IMG/VR virus record: IMGVR_UViG_3300044213_000175
DNA length: 20,000 bases
Reading direction: 5' to 3' (one strand)
From: an uncultured virus (IMG/VR IMGVR_UViG_3300044213_000175)
Lineage: Duplodnaviria > Heunggongvirae > Uroviricota > Caudoviricetes
The notes below the pieces were generated by a model that ran no database searches, was not told the origin of the DNA, and saw nothing but the letters and a program-made list of their open reading frames with translations. This document shows, piece after piece, positions 1 to 8,465 of this stretch. How positions within the stretch are numbered: the first letter of the stretch is position 1; every line of letters begins with the position of its first letter. The translations under genes and the position numbers were made by a program.

Positions 1-1
1 A

Positions 2-484
2 GATATTAATAATGACAGTAAACCCGACATCTTGATCTTTGAGAGACCGTTGTCAACTGCAACTACTAACACGTGGACGGCTCAAAGCTATGTTCAAGTA
101 TTAATCAATAATGGTGCCGGTGTTTTTACAGATCAAAGCACAACATATTTTAACAACTACAACACTAATACCGGTGGTTCGTATTCGCCGCAGATCATTG
201 ACATAAACGGTGATGGCAAGTTGGATTTTGTATTGGATGGTCAGTCTTTCAATGGCTTAAACGCCAATGGAAATCAAATTTGGCTAAACAAGTCATCAAA
301 CTCTAATATTGTTGCTGGTGACATTCCAAATCTTTATCGATCAATCCCTGGCGTTGATACAAGCGTGATAGGTAGTATGTATTTGGTTAAAAGTGGAAAT
401 GCTTGGGATTATTTGGTCGAGTATAAGACCACAGACGGTTATTGGAATTTCGGTATATTTCATACTCAATTTCAATTCAAGTGA
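2..484 (+). CDS. C-terminal part of an FG-GAP/VCBS-like beta-propeller repeat protein (5' end outside window)
   Basis: Frame is open from base 2 (DINNDSKPDILIF) and has a second DINGDGKLDFV motif plus VLINNGAGVF. These are typical FG-GAP/VCBS calcium-binding repeats. Confidence 0.75.
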   Translation, partial: DINNDSKPDILIFERPLSTATTNTWTAQSYVQVLINNGAGVFTDQSTTYFNNYNTNTGGSYSPQIIDINGDGKLDFVLDGQSFNGLNANGNQIWLNKSSNSNIVAGDIPNLYRSIPGVDTSVIGSMYLVKSGNAWDYLVEYKTTDGYWNFGIFHTQFQFK

Positions 485-525
485 AACTTGACGAGATCAA
501 TTTGTTAATTCTTTAGGGTGATATT

Positions 526-990
526 ATGTTGCTTAAACTTTTAGAAAAATTAGATCGTAAACGTATTGTAATGGATCGAGTCAATGATGAACCTTATTTA
601 GAACGCTATTACTTGTTTCTTAAAGACAGGAAAAAATTTCCATTTAATATCTTTTTGCATAAATTTTTAAAATCAGATCCTGATGATCTTCATGATCATC
701 CGTGGCCATATTTCACTGTTATTCTCAAAGGCGGTTATTGGGAATGGGTTCCACAATTTAACAGTGAAGGCCAAACGACCGGTGAAATTGCCAAATGGCG
801 GGCACCAGGACACTTCCGTTATTGTGCCGCTCATAACTTTCATCGTATTGAACTTGACCCCGGTGTAGAATGTTGGACATTGTTTATGCCCGGGCCACAA
901 CAAAGGGAATGGGGTTTTGCAACTCGTCAAGGATGGGTGCAACACGAACAATATCTTAATAATCGTATGTTACTTAAAGGAACAAAATGA
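526..990 (+). CDS. Cupin-superfamily (cysteine-dioxygenase-like) hypothetical protein
   Basis: 154 aa with LHDHPW, GGYWE and FHRIEL metal-binding-like motifs; ATGA overlap with clpP. Confidence 0.55.
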   Translation: MLLKLLEKLDRKRIVMDRVNDEPYLERYYLFLKDRKKFPFNIFLHKFLKSDPDDLHDHPWPYFTVILKGGYWEWVPQFNSEGQTTGEIAKWRAPGHFRYCAAHNFHRIELDPGVECWTLFMPGPQQREWGFATRQGWVQHEQYLNNRMLLKGTK

Positions 991-1607
991 GCTTAGTACC
1001 AATGGTGCTGGAACGAACCGGCAATAGTGAACGAGTAATGGACTTGTATAGTCGATTGATGCGGGAACGTATTATTCTACTAGAAGGCGAAGTACATGAT
1101 CAAATGGCCAATCTTATTGTAGGTCAACTATTGTATCTAGAATCAGAAAATCCGGACAAAGATATAACGATGTTTATCAATAGTCCGGGCGGATTAGTAA
1201 CTGCTGGACTGGCAATCTATGATACTATGCAATTTATCAAATGCGATGTTGCAACATATGTAATGGGTCAAGCGGCAAGTATGGGTTCTTTTTTGGCTCA
1301 AGCCGGTGCAAAAGGTAAAAGGTTTGTATTGCCGAATAGTAGAACAATGATTCATCGTGTAAGCTCTGGCACTCCCAGTACTCGAGGCAGTGTTCACGTT
1401 CAAGAATTGCAGTTCGAAGATGCAAAACGATCTTTTGAAGAAAGCCAACGTTTGAATCAGCGACTTACTGAGCTGTATGTTAAACATAACTCTAAAGAAA
1501 AGACATATGAAGAATTGTTTGAAACTATGAAGTTTGACACTTTCCTTTCAGCCGACGAAGCTGTGGCCTACGGCCTTGCTGACGAAATTATAGAAAGACG
1601 CAAATGA
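987..1607 (+). CDS. clpP: ATP-dependent Clp protease proteolytic subunit
   Basis: [29 protein letters not shown], catalytic Ser in AASMGS, His in MIH, and [14 protein letters not shown]. Confidence 0.93.
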   Translation: MSLVPMVLERTGNSERVMDLYSRLMRERIILLEGEVHDQMANLIVGQLLYLESENPDKDITMFINSPGGLVTAGLAIYDTMQFIKCDVATYVMGQAASMGSFLAQAGAKGKRFVLPNSRTMIHRVSSGTPSTRGSVHVQELQFEDAKRSFEESQRLNQRLTELYVKHNSKEKTYEELFETMKFDTFLSADEAVAYGLADEIIERRK

Positions 1608-2179
1608 AAACCACCATCATCAATCAAGAACAGTGCCATAACCTGGTTCATAAATTGATCAGAGAGATCACCAGCAGTCAATGGCGTCCAGATTACATTG
1701 TAGGTATAAACCCGGGCGGGCTTTATCCTGCTTTATTGATCAGCCAATACTTGAACGTGCCATTAAAAACATTGGAAGTCAATTTGAAAACCGGGTCTAC
1801 AGTCTGCGACTGCGGGATGGCAGAAGATGCATTTGGTCCCTCCGAGTCCGACAGATTTGTGGAAGAAGATGCAGGTGCGGTGTCAGAAGCTGCTAGCAAT
1901 TTGTTAGGAGATGGGGATATCAACACCAATATTCTTTTAGTAAAAGATATTAATGAGTCAGGTGATACATTTAACTGGATTTTAAATGATTGGCCTTCCC
2001 TTTGTTTTCCAAATGATCCTCGTTGGCAAAATGTATGGAACAACAATGTGCGATTTGCAGTATTGCTAGATAATCTTTCCAGTAACTGCAAAGTTGAAAT
2101 GGACTATGCAGGTCTAGAAATTAATAAAAACGAAAACCCACAACAGGTAATTTTTCACTGGGAACATTGGTGGGAATAA
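1604..2179 (+). CDS. Type I phosphoribosyltransferase (xanthine/guanine PRTase-like) with atypical motifs
   Basis: [15 protein letters not shown] (compare IxGIxRGG) and [14 protein letters not shown] (compare PRPP-binding VDDIxDTGxT). Confidence 0.7.
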   Translation: MKTTIINQEQCHNLVHKLIREITSSQWRPDYIVGINPGGLYPALLISQYLNVPLKTLEVNLKTGSTVCDCGMAEDAFGPSESDRFVEEDAGAVSEAASNLLGDGDINTNILLVKDINESGDTFNWILNDWPSLCFPNDPRWQNVWNNNVRFAVLLDNLSSNCKVEMDYAGLEINKNENPQQVIFHWEHWWE

Positions 2180-2201
2180 ATATTTATTAATATAAACAAA
2201 C

Positions 2202-2265
2202 GCGGCCTTGGCTTCATCCCGCTTTACAAACTCTGCCAGCCTATGCTAAAATTTAACATAGGAGG
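2202..2265 (+). promoter_or_regulatory. Candidate cis-regulatory RNA upstream of queD: H-type pseudoknot plus SD-sequestering hairpin
   Basis: GCGG(2202-5)/CCGC(2219-22); TTGGC(2208-12)/GCCAG(2235-39); CCTATG(2240-45)/CATAGG(2257-62) overlaps AGGAGG(2260-65). Confidence 0.45.
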
Positions 2266-2271
2266 AACAGC

Positions 2272-2817
2272 ATGTCAGACGATTTTAACAGTATACAGAA
2301 CGATTATAGACAATACATCCAACATCCAGTTCAATACAAGTATACTTCAACAAAAGAATACCACGATGCATTTCCATGCGCTTATCGTCAATGGAGAGCA
2401 GACAGTCATTGTAATTTGATTCATGGTTATAGTTTCAGTATGAAGTTTTACTTTGGCACTGATGACCTTGATGTACGTAACTGGGCCGCAGACTATGGCG
2501 GACTTAAAGAACTTAAAAAGGTCTTGGAAGACCAATTCGATCATACCCTGATTGTAGCCGCCGATGACCCCGAGATGGAGACATTCAAACTGCTCGAAGC
2601 AAAGAAGATGGCCAAGATCGTCGTCCTACCTCGATTGGGGTGTGAGGGACTTAGCGATATGCTATACAAGTATGTAAATGGTGTTTATATTCCCGAGATG
2701 TGGGGGCCAAGCGAAGCGGCTCGTTTATGGTGCTATCGCGTAGAAGTACGCGAGACTCAAAGTAATATGGCATTTCGTGAGGGTCATAGATGTTGGGGAG
2801 AAGACCTTTTTGCGTGA
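2272..2817 (+). CDS. queD: 6-carboxytetrahydropterin synthase (QueD/PTPS family)
   Basis: HCNLIHGY (CxxxHG), DYGGLK, QFDH and VRET motifs; strong AGGAGG RBS; queE nearby. Confidence 0.85.
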   Translation: MSDDFNSIQNDYRQYIQHPVQYKYTSTKEYHDAFPCAYRQWRADSHCNLIHGYSFSMKFYFGTDDLDVRNWAADYGGLKELKKVLEDQFDHTLIVAADDPEMETFKLLEAKKMAKIVVLPRLGCEGLSDMLYKYVNGVYIPEMWGPSEAARLWCYRVEVRETQSNMAFREGHRCWGEDLFA

Positions 2818-3031
2818 TTTTAATTTGGCACATATAGACGGCAACGAGTTAAATCCGGACAAGATTTATATGAAGTTAGATACACAAATCATTCATAATA
2901 CAACCAGCGTCAATAACACAAATAGTATTATGATTGATAAACGATCCGCGAAAGTGTTATCACATTGGTTCAGGCACGCCGCAGAACTAATGGATGAATG
3001 GTATAAGGAAGATAATGGGGTTAAAGAATGA
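2777..3031 (+). CDS. Hypothetical protein (true start may be later, near 2810 or 2870)
   Basis: Fills the gap between queD and the next gene; ATGA overlap at 3028-3031. Confidence 0.5.
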   Translation: MRVIDVGEKTFLRDFNLAHIDGNELNPDKIYMKLDTQIIHNTTSVNNTNSIMIDKRSAKVLSHWFRHAAELMDEWYKEDNGVKE

Positions 3032-3348
3032 ACTACCACGCACACATCTACTGGCGAAATGCCGCAGAGCGTGAACGAGCAATGTCTCTACGTGAATGGT
3101 TGACCGAGCAAGGCTGCGAAATGGGCCGCGTGTGGGATCAAGCAATTGGCCCACATACCGAAGCAATGTATCAAGTTATTTACGATAGTTACAATAAAGA
3201 TCTCGTTGAGAAGTTTCTAAAAGTAAACAGAGACAATAACAGTATCTTGTTACACGAAGCCATTAACGATGACCTGCGTGATCATACCGAAGGTGCACGT
3301 TGGCTAGGTGAAGAACTACCTCTTAAACTTTACGTGTTTAATGAATGA
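3028..3348 (+). CDS. DOPA 4,5-dioxygenase family protein
   Basis: YHAHIY, IGPH..MYQV, SILLH and RDHT...WLGEELPLKL signatures. Confidence 0.8.
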   Translation: MNYHAHIYWRNAAERERAMSLREWLTEQGCEMGRVWDQAIGPHTEAMYQVIYDSYNKDLVEKFLKVNRDNNSILLHEAINDDLRDHTEGARWLGEELPLKLYVFNE

Positions 3349-3707
3349 TCGATCGCACAGAACTGATACAGATGCTGATCAAGGCCGCGTGTTTCTCGCC
3401 CGTCGCCAACAAAAATATTGGTATTGTGGTTCCTTCGTTCAGCGAAGCAAAGCGATTCACAACGGACTTTGGCATAGTACTAGATGAGGTTCCCAAGTGG
3501 TTGAGACCATCGCTTTTTCGATATGGTGTGAGAAGAATAGAATTCGATAACTACTTTAACATTCACTTGCTGTACAGTCCCAGTGCTTCACAAGGTAGGA
3601 CTATGAATTACTTGTACGCAAGTTCAAGAATAACAGAAGAAGAGTTGGCACCTCATTGCTTCACCTTGCTAATAACAAACGGATACGAAACTTTTAACGA
3701 TGAATAA
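3345..3707 (+). CDS. Hypothetical protein resembling a degenerate fragment of a terminase large-subunit ATPase domain
   Basis: Segment NKNIGIV...VPKWLRP...RRIEFDN...SQGRTMNYLY resembles T4 gp17-type LPxxLxP...IELDNG...RGxSxxxIYxDE, but with no Walker A or Walker B DE. Confidence 0.45.
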   Translation: MIDRTELIQMLIKAACFSPVANKNIGIVVPSFSEAKRFTTDFGIVLDEVPKWLRPSLFRYGVRRIEFDNYFNIHLLYSPSASQGRTMNYLYASSRITEEELAPHCFTLLITNGYETFNDE

Positions 3708-3858
3708 ATTCTGGAGACTATGGGCAAAAGCACTAGGTGAAAAATCGGGCAATACAGATGCTGAATCAGATCTTATTGCTTGCATTCGTAGCCTAATAGT
3801 GCTATGCTATATAACAACAAACGTCTTTATTATTTTAGGCGTGATAAGGCATTGGTAA
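3700..3858 (+). CDS. Small membrane protein, 52 aa (not in ORF track)
   Basis: MNKFWRLWAKALGEKSGNTDAESDLIACIRSLIVLCYITTNVFIILGVIRHW; exactly fills the gap; one hydrophobic helix. Confidence 0.75.
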   Translation: MNKFWRLWAKALGEKSGNTDAESDLIACIRSLIVLCYITTNVFIILGVIRHW

Positions 3859-3859
3859 T

Positions 3860-4192
3860 ATGAAATTAAATATATATGATGTGGGCGGGGAAGTTGTCAA
3901 AGACAACGAAACCTATGTACTCAAAGATAACAAAACTCTTAAAAACTTAATCTTAAGTTCTACGGAATTACACCCCGGTCAAAGCACACGGGGCCACAGG
4001 CACGCGGGGCAAGAAGAAGTTTACTACTTTGTCAGCGGGACAGGTCAAATGGAATTAGATGCCCGGGTGTTTAACGTTCAAGGTGGAGATGTCGTTCTAA
4101 TAGAGGATGGTGTATTTCACCGTGTACATAATAAAAATCTCAACACACCTTTATATTTTGTATGTGTGTTTGATGGATCAAGGAATCATTAA
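3860..4192 (+). CDS. Cupin domain protein
   Basis: PGQSTRGHRH...EEVYYFVSGTG and GDVVLIEDGVFHRVHN are the two cupin motifs. Confidence 0.85.
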   Translation: MKLNIYDVGGEVVKDNETYVLKDNKTLKNLILSSTELHPGQSTRGHRHAGQEEVYYFVSGTGQMELDARVFNVQGGDVVLIEDGVFHRVHNKNLNTPLYFVCVFDGSRNH

Positions 4193-4203
4193 TAAAATCA
4201 AAA

Positions 4204-4479
4204 ATGAATAGTAAAATAGAAGAAGCACTGAATATCTTACAAGAAGAATGCGCTGAAGTTGTGCAGGCCGTCAGTAAATGTCGCCGTTTTGGTCCGAACA
4301 ACCACAAGCCCAATAAACCAAAAACCAATGTAGAATGTCTTGAAGAAGAAATTGGTGATTTATTGGCCATGGTCGACATACTTGTAGACGCCGGATTTAT
4401 TAACCTTGACAATCTACATAAAGCAAAGTATAATAAGATTGAAAAACTAAAAGTTTGGTCAAATATATTCAAGGATTAA
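4204..4479 (+). CDS. MazG-like all-alpha nucleotide pyrophosphohydrolase
   Basis: LQEECAEVVQA and LEEEIGDLL (EExxE ... EExxD) motifs. Confidence 0.75.
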   Translation: MNSKIEEALNILQEECAEVVQAVSKCRRFGPNNHKPNKPKTNVECLEEEIGDLLAMVDILVDAGFINLDNLHKAKYNKIEKLKVWSNIFKD

Positions 4480-4480
4480 C

Positions 4481-5365
4481 ATGTTCGGAACTAATACTAT
4501 TATAGGAAAGCGTTTTTTCAAGGATGCCCCCGAGGACAGCCTATTTGTAACCAGTATGTTTTTTACGCTACAAGGCGAAGGACCATATGCCGGTATGCCG
4601 GCACTATTCATCCGCTTGGCTAAGTGCAATTTAGATTGCAGTTTTTGTGACACATTTTTTGACGATGGCGATTGGATGACTTTCGATGAACTCGATTCAA
4701 AAATCGACGATACAATTGATTCTTTCTGGACTAGCAAGAGTAAAACGGTTCCGGGTTGGGCACGAACAACGAAACTAGCAGGCAAAAAATATCCGGGGGT
4801 TGTGTTAGTAATGACAGGCGGCGAGCCCTTGCTACAAGAAAACATCAGCGATTTCATGACATATCAGTTGAACAACTTCAAGGCTGTGCAAGTAGAAAGC
4901 AACGGTATCCCTGATACGATAGTTCCAGAAGGGGTTACGTTAGTTTGTAGTCCAAAATGCATTGAAAAGGACGGTCGAGCTATTAAATATCTTGCACCTA
5001 GTAAAACAATTTTAGAACGTGCAGATTGCTTAAAATTCGTAATAACTGCTGATCCCACATCACCGTATAACACTATACCAGACTGGGCATTGGAATGGAA
5101 GCAGAATAACCCAGAAAAAGAAATCTATTGTAGTCCTATGAATATATACAATAGCTTTCCGCAAAAGATTAAACTATTACGTGCAGAAAAAGGTCAAATT
5201 ACAATGGCCGAACGTAGTACTGTAGATGAAGTTATTAGTTTTTGGGAGCCAGGCCTACTAAATTTAAAAGAAAATCAAGCCAATCACGAATATGTAGGAA
5301 GATACTGTATCGAAAACGGGTGTAAACTTAATTTGCAACAACACCTATATGCAAGTTTAGCATAA
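4481..5365 (+). CDS. queE: 7-carboxy-7-deazaguanine synthase (radical SAM)
   Basis: FFTLQGEG, FIRLAKCNLDCSFCDT (CxxxCxxC), VMTGGEP, VESNG, CSPK and C-terminal LQQH. Confidence 0.88.
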   Translation: MFGTNTIIGKRFFKDAPEDSLFVTSMFFTLQGEGPYAGMPALFIRLAKCNLDCSFCDTFFDDGDWMTFDELDSKIDDTIDSFWTSKSKTVPGWARTTKLAGKKYPGVVLVMTGGEPLLQENISDFMTYQLNNFKAVQVESNGIPDTIVPEGVTLVCSPKCIEKDGRAIKYLAPSKTILERADCLKFVITADPTSPYNTIPDWALEWKQNNPEKEIYCSPMNIYNSFPQKIKLLRAEKGQITMAERSTVDEVISFWEPGLLNLKENQANHEYVGRYCIENGCKLNLQQHLYASLA

Positions 5366-5370
5366 CTTAT

Positions 5371-5622
5371 ATGTTTGGAAAAGGTTATATGGATAATGTT
5401 CAAGCAAGTCCCCCCGAGGAAGACTGGGGACTAAACATGATAAGGACCTGGAATTTAAAACTTTGCTTAGTACCTAAAAAGTGTTTCTTAACAGGAAAAC
5501 AACTTTGGGGCAAGCAGGCCTACTACGGTGAACTCTGGATAACCGGACCAGGCGAGCCTGTTGAAGAATATTGGATAGAACGCAATGAATTCCTATTATG
5601 GAATTTAGGAAAGGAATATTAA
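5371..5622 (+). CDS. Hypothetical protein
   Basis: Fills the gap between queE and metK in the same orientation. Confidence 0.6.
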   Translation: MFGKGYMDNVQASPPEEDWGLNMIRTWNLKLCLVPKKCFLTGKQLWGKQAYYGELWITGPGEPVEEYWIERNEFLLWNLGKEY

Positions 5623-5623
5623 A

Positions 5624-6724
5624 ATGAGTTATTTATTTACCAGTGAAAGTGTGTCAGAAGGACACCCAGATAAAGTTGCCGATGCCATTAGCGATGCGAT
5701 TCTGGATTTGGTAATGGTAAAAGAAGATCCAACATTACGATGTGCTTGCGAAACATTGGTTACAACTAATATGGTTACTGTTGCAGGAGAGTATAAAGGT
5801 ATTCTGCATAAAGAGGAAGTAGCAAGCGAAATTCGTAAAGTGATTAAAAATATCGGTTATGAACAAGAAGGATTCGATTGGCGAACAGTAAAAATTTACA
5901 ATGAACTCCACGGCCAAAGTGCAGATATTGCATTAGGAACCGATAACTTTGGCGCAGGCGACCAAGGCCTTATGTTTGGATATGCCTGTAACGAAACAGA
6001 CACATATATGCCAAGTGCCATCTATTATAGTCATCGTATTGTAGAAAAGTTAGCTACGCTTCGTAAAGGAAAAGTTTTTGACTGGTTGGGCCCCGATGCC
6101 AAAAGTCAAGTTACGTTTGAATACAATGATGACGGCACCCCTAATCGAATTGCTAAAGTTGTTTGTTCAACTCAGCACTCAGCCGATATTGATATCCAAG
6201 ATGTTCGTATAGGTGTTGCGGAAGTTATTAAAGATGTTTTACCTCAGGAATATGTGGATCATGACACACAATTCCTTATTAATCCCACTGGGCGATTTGT
6301 TATCGGCGGACCCGATGGAGATACCGGTCTCACAGGTCGGAAAATTATTGTTGATACCTATGGTGGATATAGTCCGCATGGCGGAGGCGCTTTTAGTGGA
6401 AAAGACCCTACGAAGGTTGATCGGTCAGCCGCCTATATGATGAGATACATTGCCAAGAACATTGTTGCATCAGAACGTGCCCCTTGGGCAACTTGTCAAG
6501 TTAGCTATGCAATTGGTTTAAAAGATCCGATGAGTTTCTATATCGAAACACACGATTCAAAGCTATCACGCCAACTGACAAAATGGGTGCAAGACAATGT
6601 AGACTTGACCCCAAAAGGCATTATTGATCGATTTGATTTATTCAGACCGATTTATAAATCAACAACAAATTACGGCCACTTTGGTAAAACTTATTTGCCG
6701 TGGGAAAATATCGATTTATTTTAA
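5624..6724 (+). CDS. metK: S-adenosylmethionine synthetase
   Basis: FTSESVSEGHPDK, GAGDQG, GLTGRKIIVDTYGG, GGGAFSGKDPTKVDRS and YGHFG. Confidence 0.97.
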   Translation: MSYLFTSESVSEGHPDKVADAISDAILDLVMVKEDPTLRCACETLVTTNMVTVAGEYKGILHKEEVASEIRKVIKNIGYEQEGFDWRTVKIYNELHGQSADIALGTDNFGAGDQGLMFGYACNETDTYMPSAIYYSHRIVEKLATLRKGKVFDWLGPDAKSQVTFEYNDDGTPNRIAKVVCSTQHSADIDIQDVRIGVAEVIKDVLPQEYVDHDTQFLINPTGRFVIGGPDGDTGLTGRKIIVDTYGGYSPHGGGAFSGKDPTKVDRSAAYMMRYIAKNIVASERAPWATCQVSYAIGLKDPMSFYIETHDSKLSRQLTKWVQDNVDLTPKGIIDRFDLFRPIYKSTTNYGHFGKTYLPWENIDLF

Positions 6725-6732
6725 GGTGTATT

Positions 6733-7164
6733 ATGGCAACTGCAAAAAAAGTAACTGCAAAAAAAGTAACTGCAAAAACAGTAACTGCAAAAACAGTAAC
6801 TGCAAAAAAACCAGCTAAGACTCCTGCAAAACCTGCAGGAAAATTAACAGTAAAAGTAAAAGATCCAAAAGTCGAAGCAACAAAACGCAACGAACCATAC
6901 GTTAATATCATTAGCATAGATGTAGATCCCGAAAATGTAGGACAAGGTGCTTTTGAACTCGATTGGAATGAACAGTTTATTACTAAACTCTTACGTGCAG
7001 GATATGCTGGGAAAACCGATGCAGACATTGTGGATCGGTGGTTCCAGGATGTTTGCCGCAACGTCGTACTAGAAACGTTTGAACAGTATGAAGCAAACAA
7101 TCCCCGCCCAACTAGCGGAGTAAATCGAGTTAATTTAGGCGACGGACGATCAGAAGTATCTTAA
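6733..7164 (+). CDS. Hypothetical protein with histone-H1-like Lys/Ala/Thr-rich N-terminal tail
   Basis: ATG at 6733 after AAGGTG is more plausible than 6700; ATAKK-VTAKK-VTAKT-VTAKT-VTAKK-PAKTPAKPA followed by an acidic globular domain. Confidence 0.75.
   Translation: MATAKKVTAKKVTAKTVTAKTVTAKKPAKTPAKPAGKLTVKVKDPKVEATKRNEPYVNIISIDVDPENVGQGAFELDWNEQFITKLLRAGYAGKTDADIVDRWFQDVCRNVVLETFEQYEANNPRPTSGVNRVNLGDGRSEVS
6736..6810 (+). repeat. Coding tandem repeat, 5 x 15 bp (GTAACTGCAAAAA(A/C)A)
   Basis: Units at 6736, 6751, 6766, 6781 and 6796, read directly from the sequence. Confidence 0.95.
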
Positions 7165-7204
7165 TTATTCCCAAATTTTGAGTATAATAAATGACCATCA
7201 TTTA

Positions 7205-7233
7205 TTGACTATATTTACATAATATGCTATTAT
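7205..7233 (+). promoter_or_regulatory. Sigma70-like promoter, probably giving a leaderless transcript
   Basis: TTGACT(7205-10), 17 nt spacer, TGn-TATTAT(7228-33); ATG at 7240 with no SD. Confidence 0.6.
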
Positions 7234-7239
7234 AATTCT

Positions 7240-8214
7240 ATGCGATACTTAATTGTTGATACAGCTAATACATTTTTTCGTGCTCGTCATGCGGCACATC
7301 GTCAATCCGACACGTGGGACCGACTAGGCTTTGCTATTCACGTTACTTTAAGTAGTGTTAATAAAGCCTGGCGCGAACAACAAGCGGATCACGTGGTTTT
7401 CTGTTTAGAAGGTAGATCGTGGCGAAAAGACTACTATGAACCGTATAAAAAGAACCGTGCGGTTGCACGTGCGGCATTAAGTGAGTCCGAAAAAGAAGAA
7501 GAACAACTCTTTTGGGACGCATTCGACACGCTGAAATCCTTTTTACAAGATAAGACAAATTGTACAGTTCTTGTTCATGACAATTTAGAAGCAGACGATC
7601 TTGTAGCAGGGTGGATCCAAGCTCACCCCGAAGACCATCACACCATAATCAGTTCGGACACAGATTTTCACCAATTACTGGCAGAAAATGTTAATCAATA
7701 TAATGGCATCGCTGACGAATTACATACTCTCGAAGGTATCTTTGACAAAAAAGGTAAACCTGTAATCGATAAGAAAACTAAAGAACCTAAACAAATTCCC
7801 GACCCAGAATGGATCCTGTTTGAAAAATGTGTTCGTGGCGATCCGACTGATAACATCTTTAGTGCGTATCCGGGCGTAAGAAAAACCAAACTATTAGAAG
7901 CATTTAATGACAGAAATCAACGAGGGTTCGCTTGGAACAATTTAATGCTGCAACGTTGGGTCGACCACCATGGTAACGAACATAAAGTTTTAGATGATTA
8001 TAATCGAAATCGAATCCTAGTCGATCTCAGTGCTCAACCAGATAATGTTAAATTGAATATCATCGAAACTATTCAATCAAACTCTAAACCGAAAAAACGA
8101 CCAATGATCGGTGCACAGTTTCTAAAGTTTTGTGGGAAGTACGATCTCATTAAGCTCAGTGAAAGCAGTTCTGGTTTCAGTGAATTTTTGTCTGAAGGCT
8201 ACCCCGACGAATAA
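7240..8214 (+). CDS. T4 RNase H-like / 5'-3' flap exonuclease
   Basis: LIVDTAN, WRKDYYEPYKKNR, LEADDLV, ISSDTDFHQL, RGDPTDNI, PGV and NRILVDL. Confidence 0.88.
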   Translation: MRYLIVDTANTFFRARHAAHRQSDTWDRLGFAIHVTLSSVNKAWREQQADHVVFCLEGRSWRKDYYEPYKKNRAVARAALSESEKEEEQLFWDAFDTLKSFLQDKTNCTVLVHDNLEADDLVAGWIQAHPEDHHTIISSDTDFHQLLAENVNQYNGIADELHTLEGIFDKKGKPVIDKKTKEPKQIPDPEWILFEKCVRGDPTDNIFSAYPGVRKTKLLEAFNDRNQRGFAWNNLMLQRWVDHHGNEHKVLDDYNRNRILVDLSAQPDNVKLNIIETIQSNSKPKKRPMIGAQFLKFCGKYDLIKLSESSSGFSEFLSEGYPDE

Positions 8215-8219
8215 CCACC

Positions 8220-8465
8220 ATGAATGAAAATAACTACGAATCATTTATATCCTGTATTCGTACAGTTAAACCGTCCGACAAAGATTGGATGTTGACTAAC
8301 GGATTGATTATGACTCCCCGAGCAGGGTTCGAAGTTACAAATGAATGCCCTCGAGAGTATAAAATGATTATTCGAGAATGTATTGACAATGGGTGGTTGA
8401 AACCCGTAGCATATATTTACGACAGAGAACTAATGTGGGAGAAATTATCACATGAAAATAATTGA
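8220..8465 (+). CDS. Hypothetical protein
   Basis: Tightly packed co-oriented ORF. Confidence 0.65.
   Translation: MNENNYESFISCIRTVKPSDKDWMLTNGLIMTPRAGFEVTNECPREYKMIIRECIDNGWLKPVAYIYDRELMWEKLSHENN

Noticed and set aside
488..525. Sigma70 promoter from TTGACG at 488
   Set aside because: No convincing -10 hexamer at 16-18 nt spacing.
6736..6810. Tandem repeat as a CRISPR array
   Set aside because: Units are 15 bp, directly adjacent with no spacers, in frame within a gene; no cas genes are present.
6624..6818. Alternative-frame Cys-rich ORF (NCKKS repeats)
   Set aside because: Frame shadow of the 15-bp repeat, overlapping metK and the 6733 gene.
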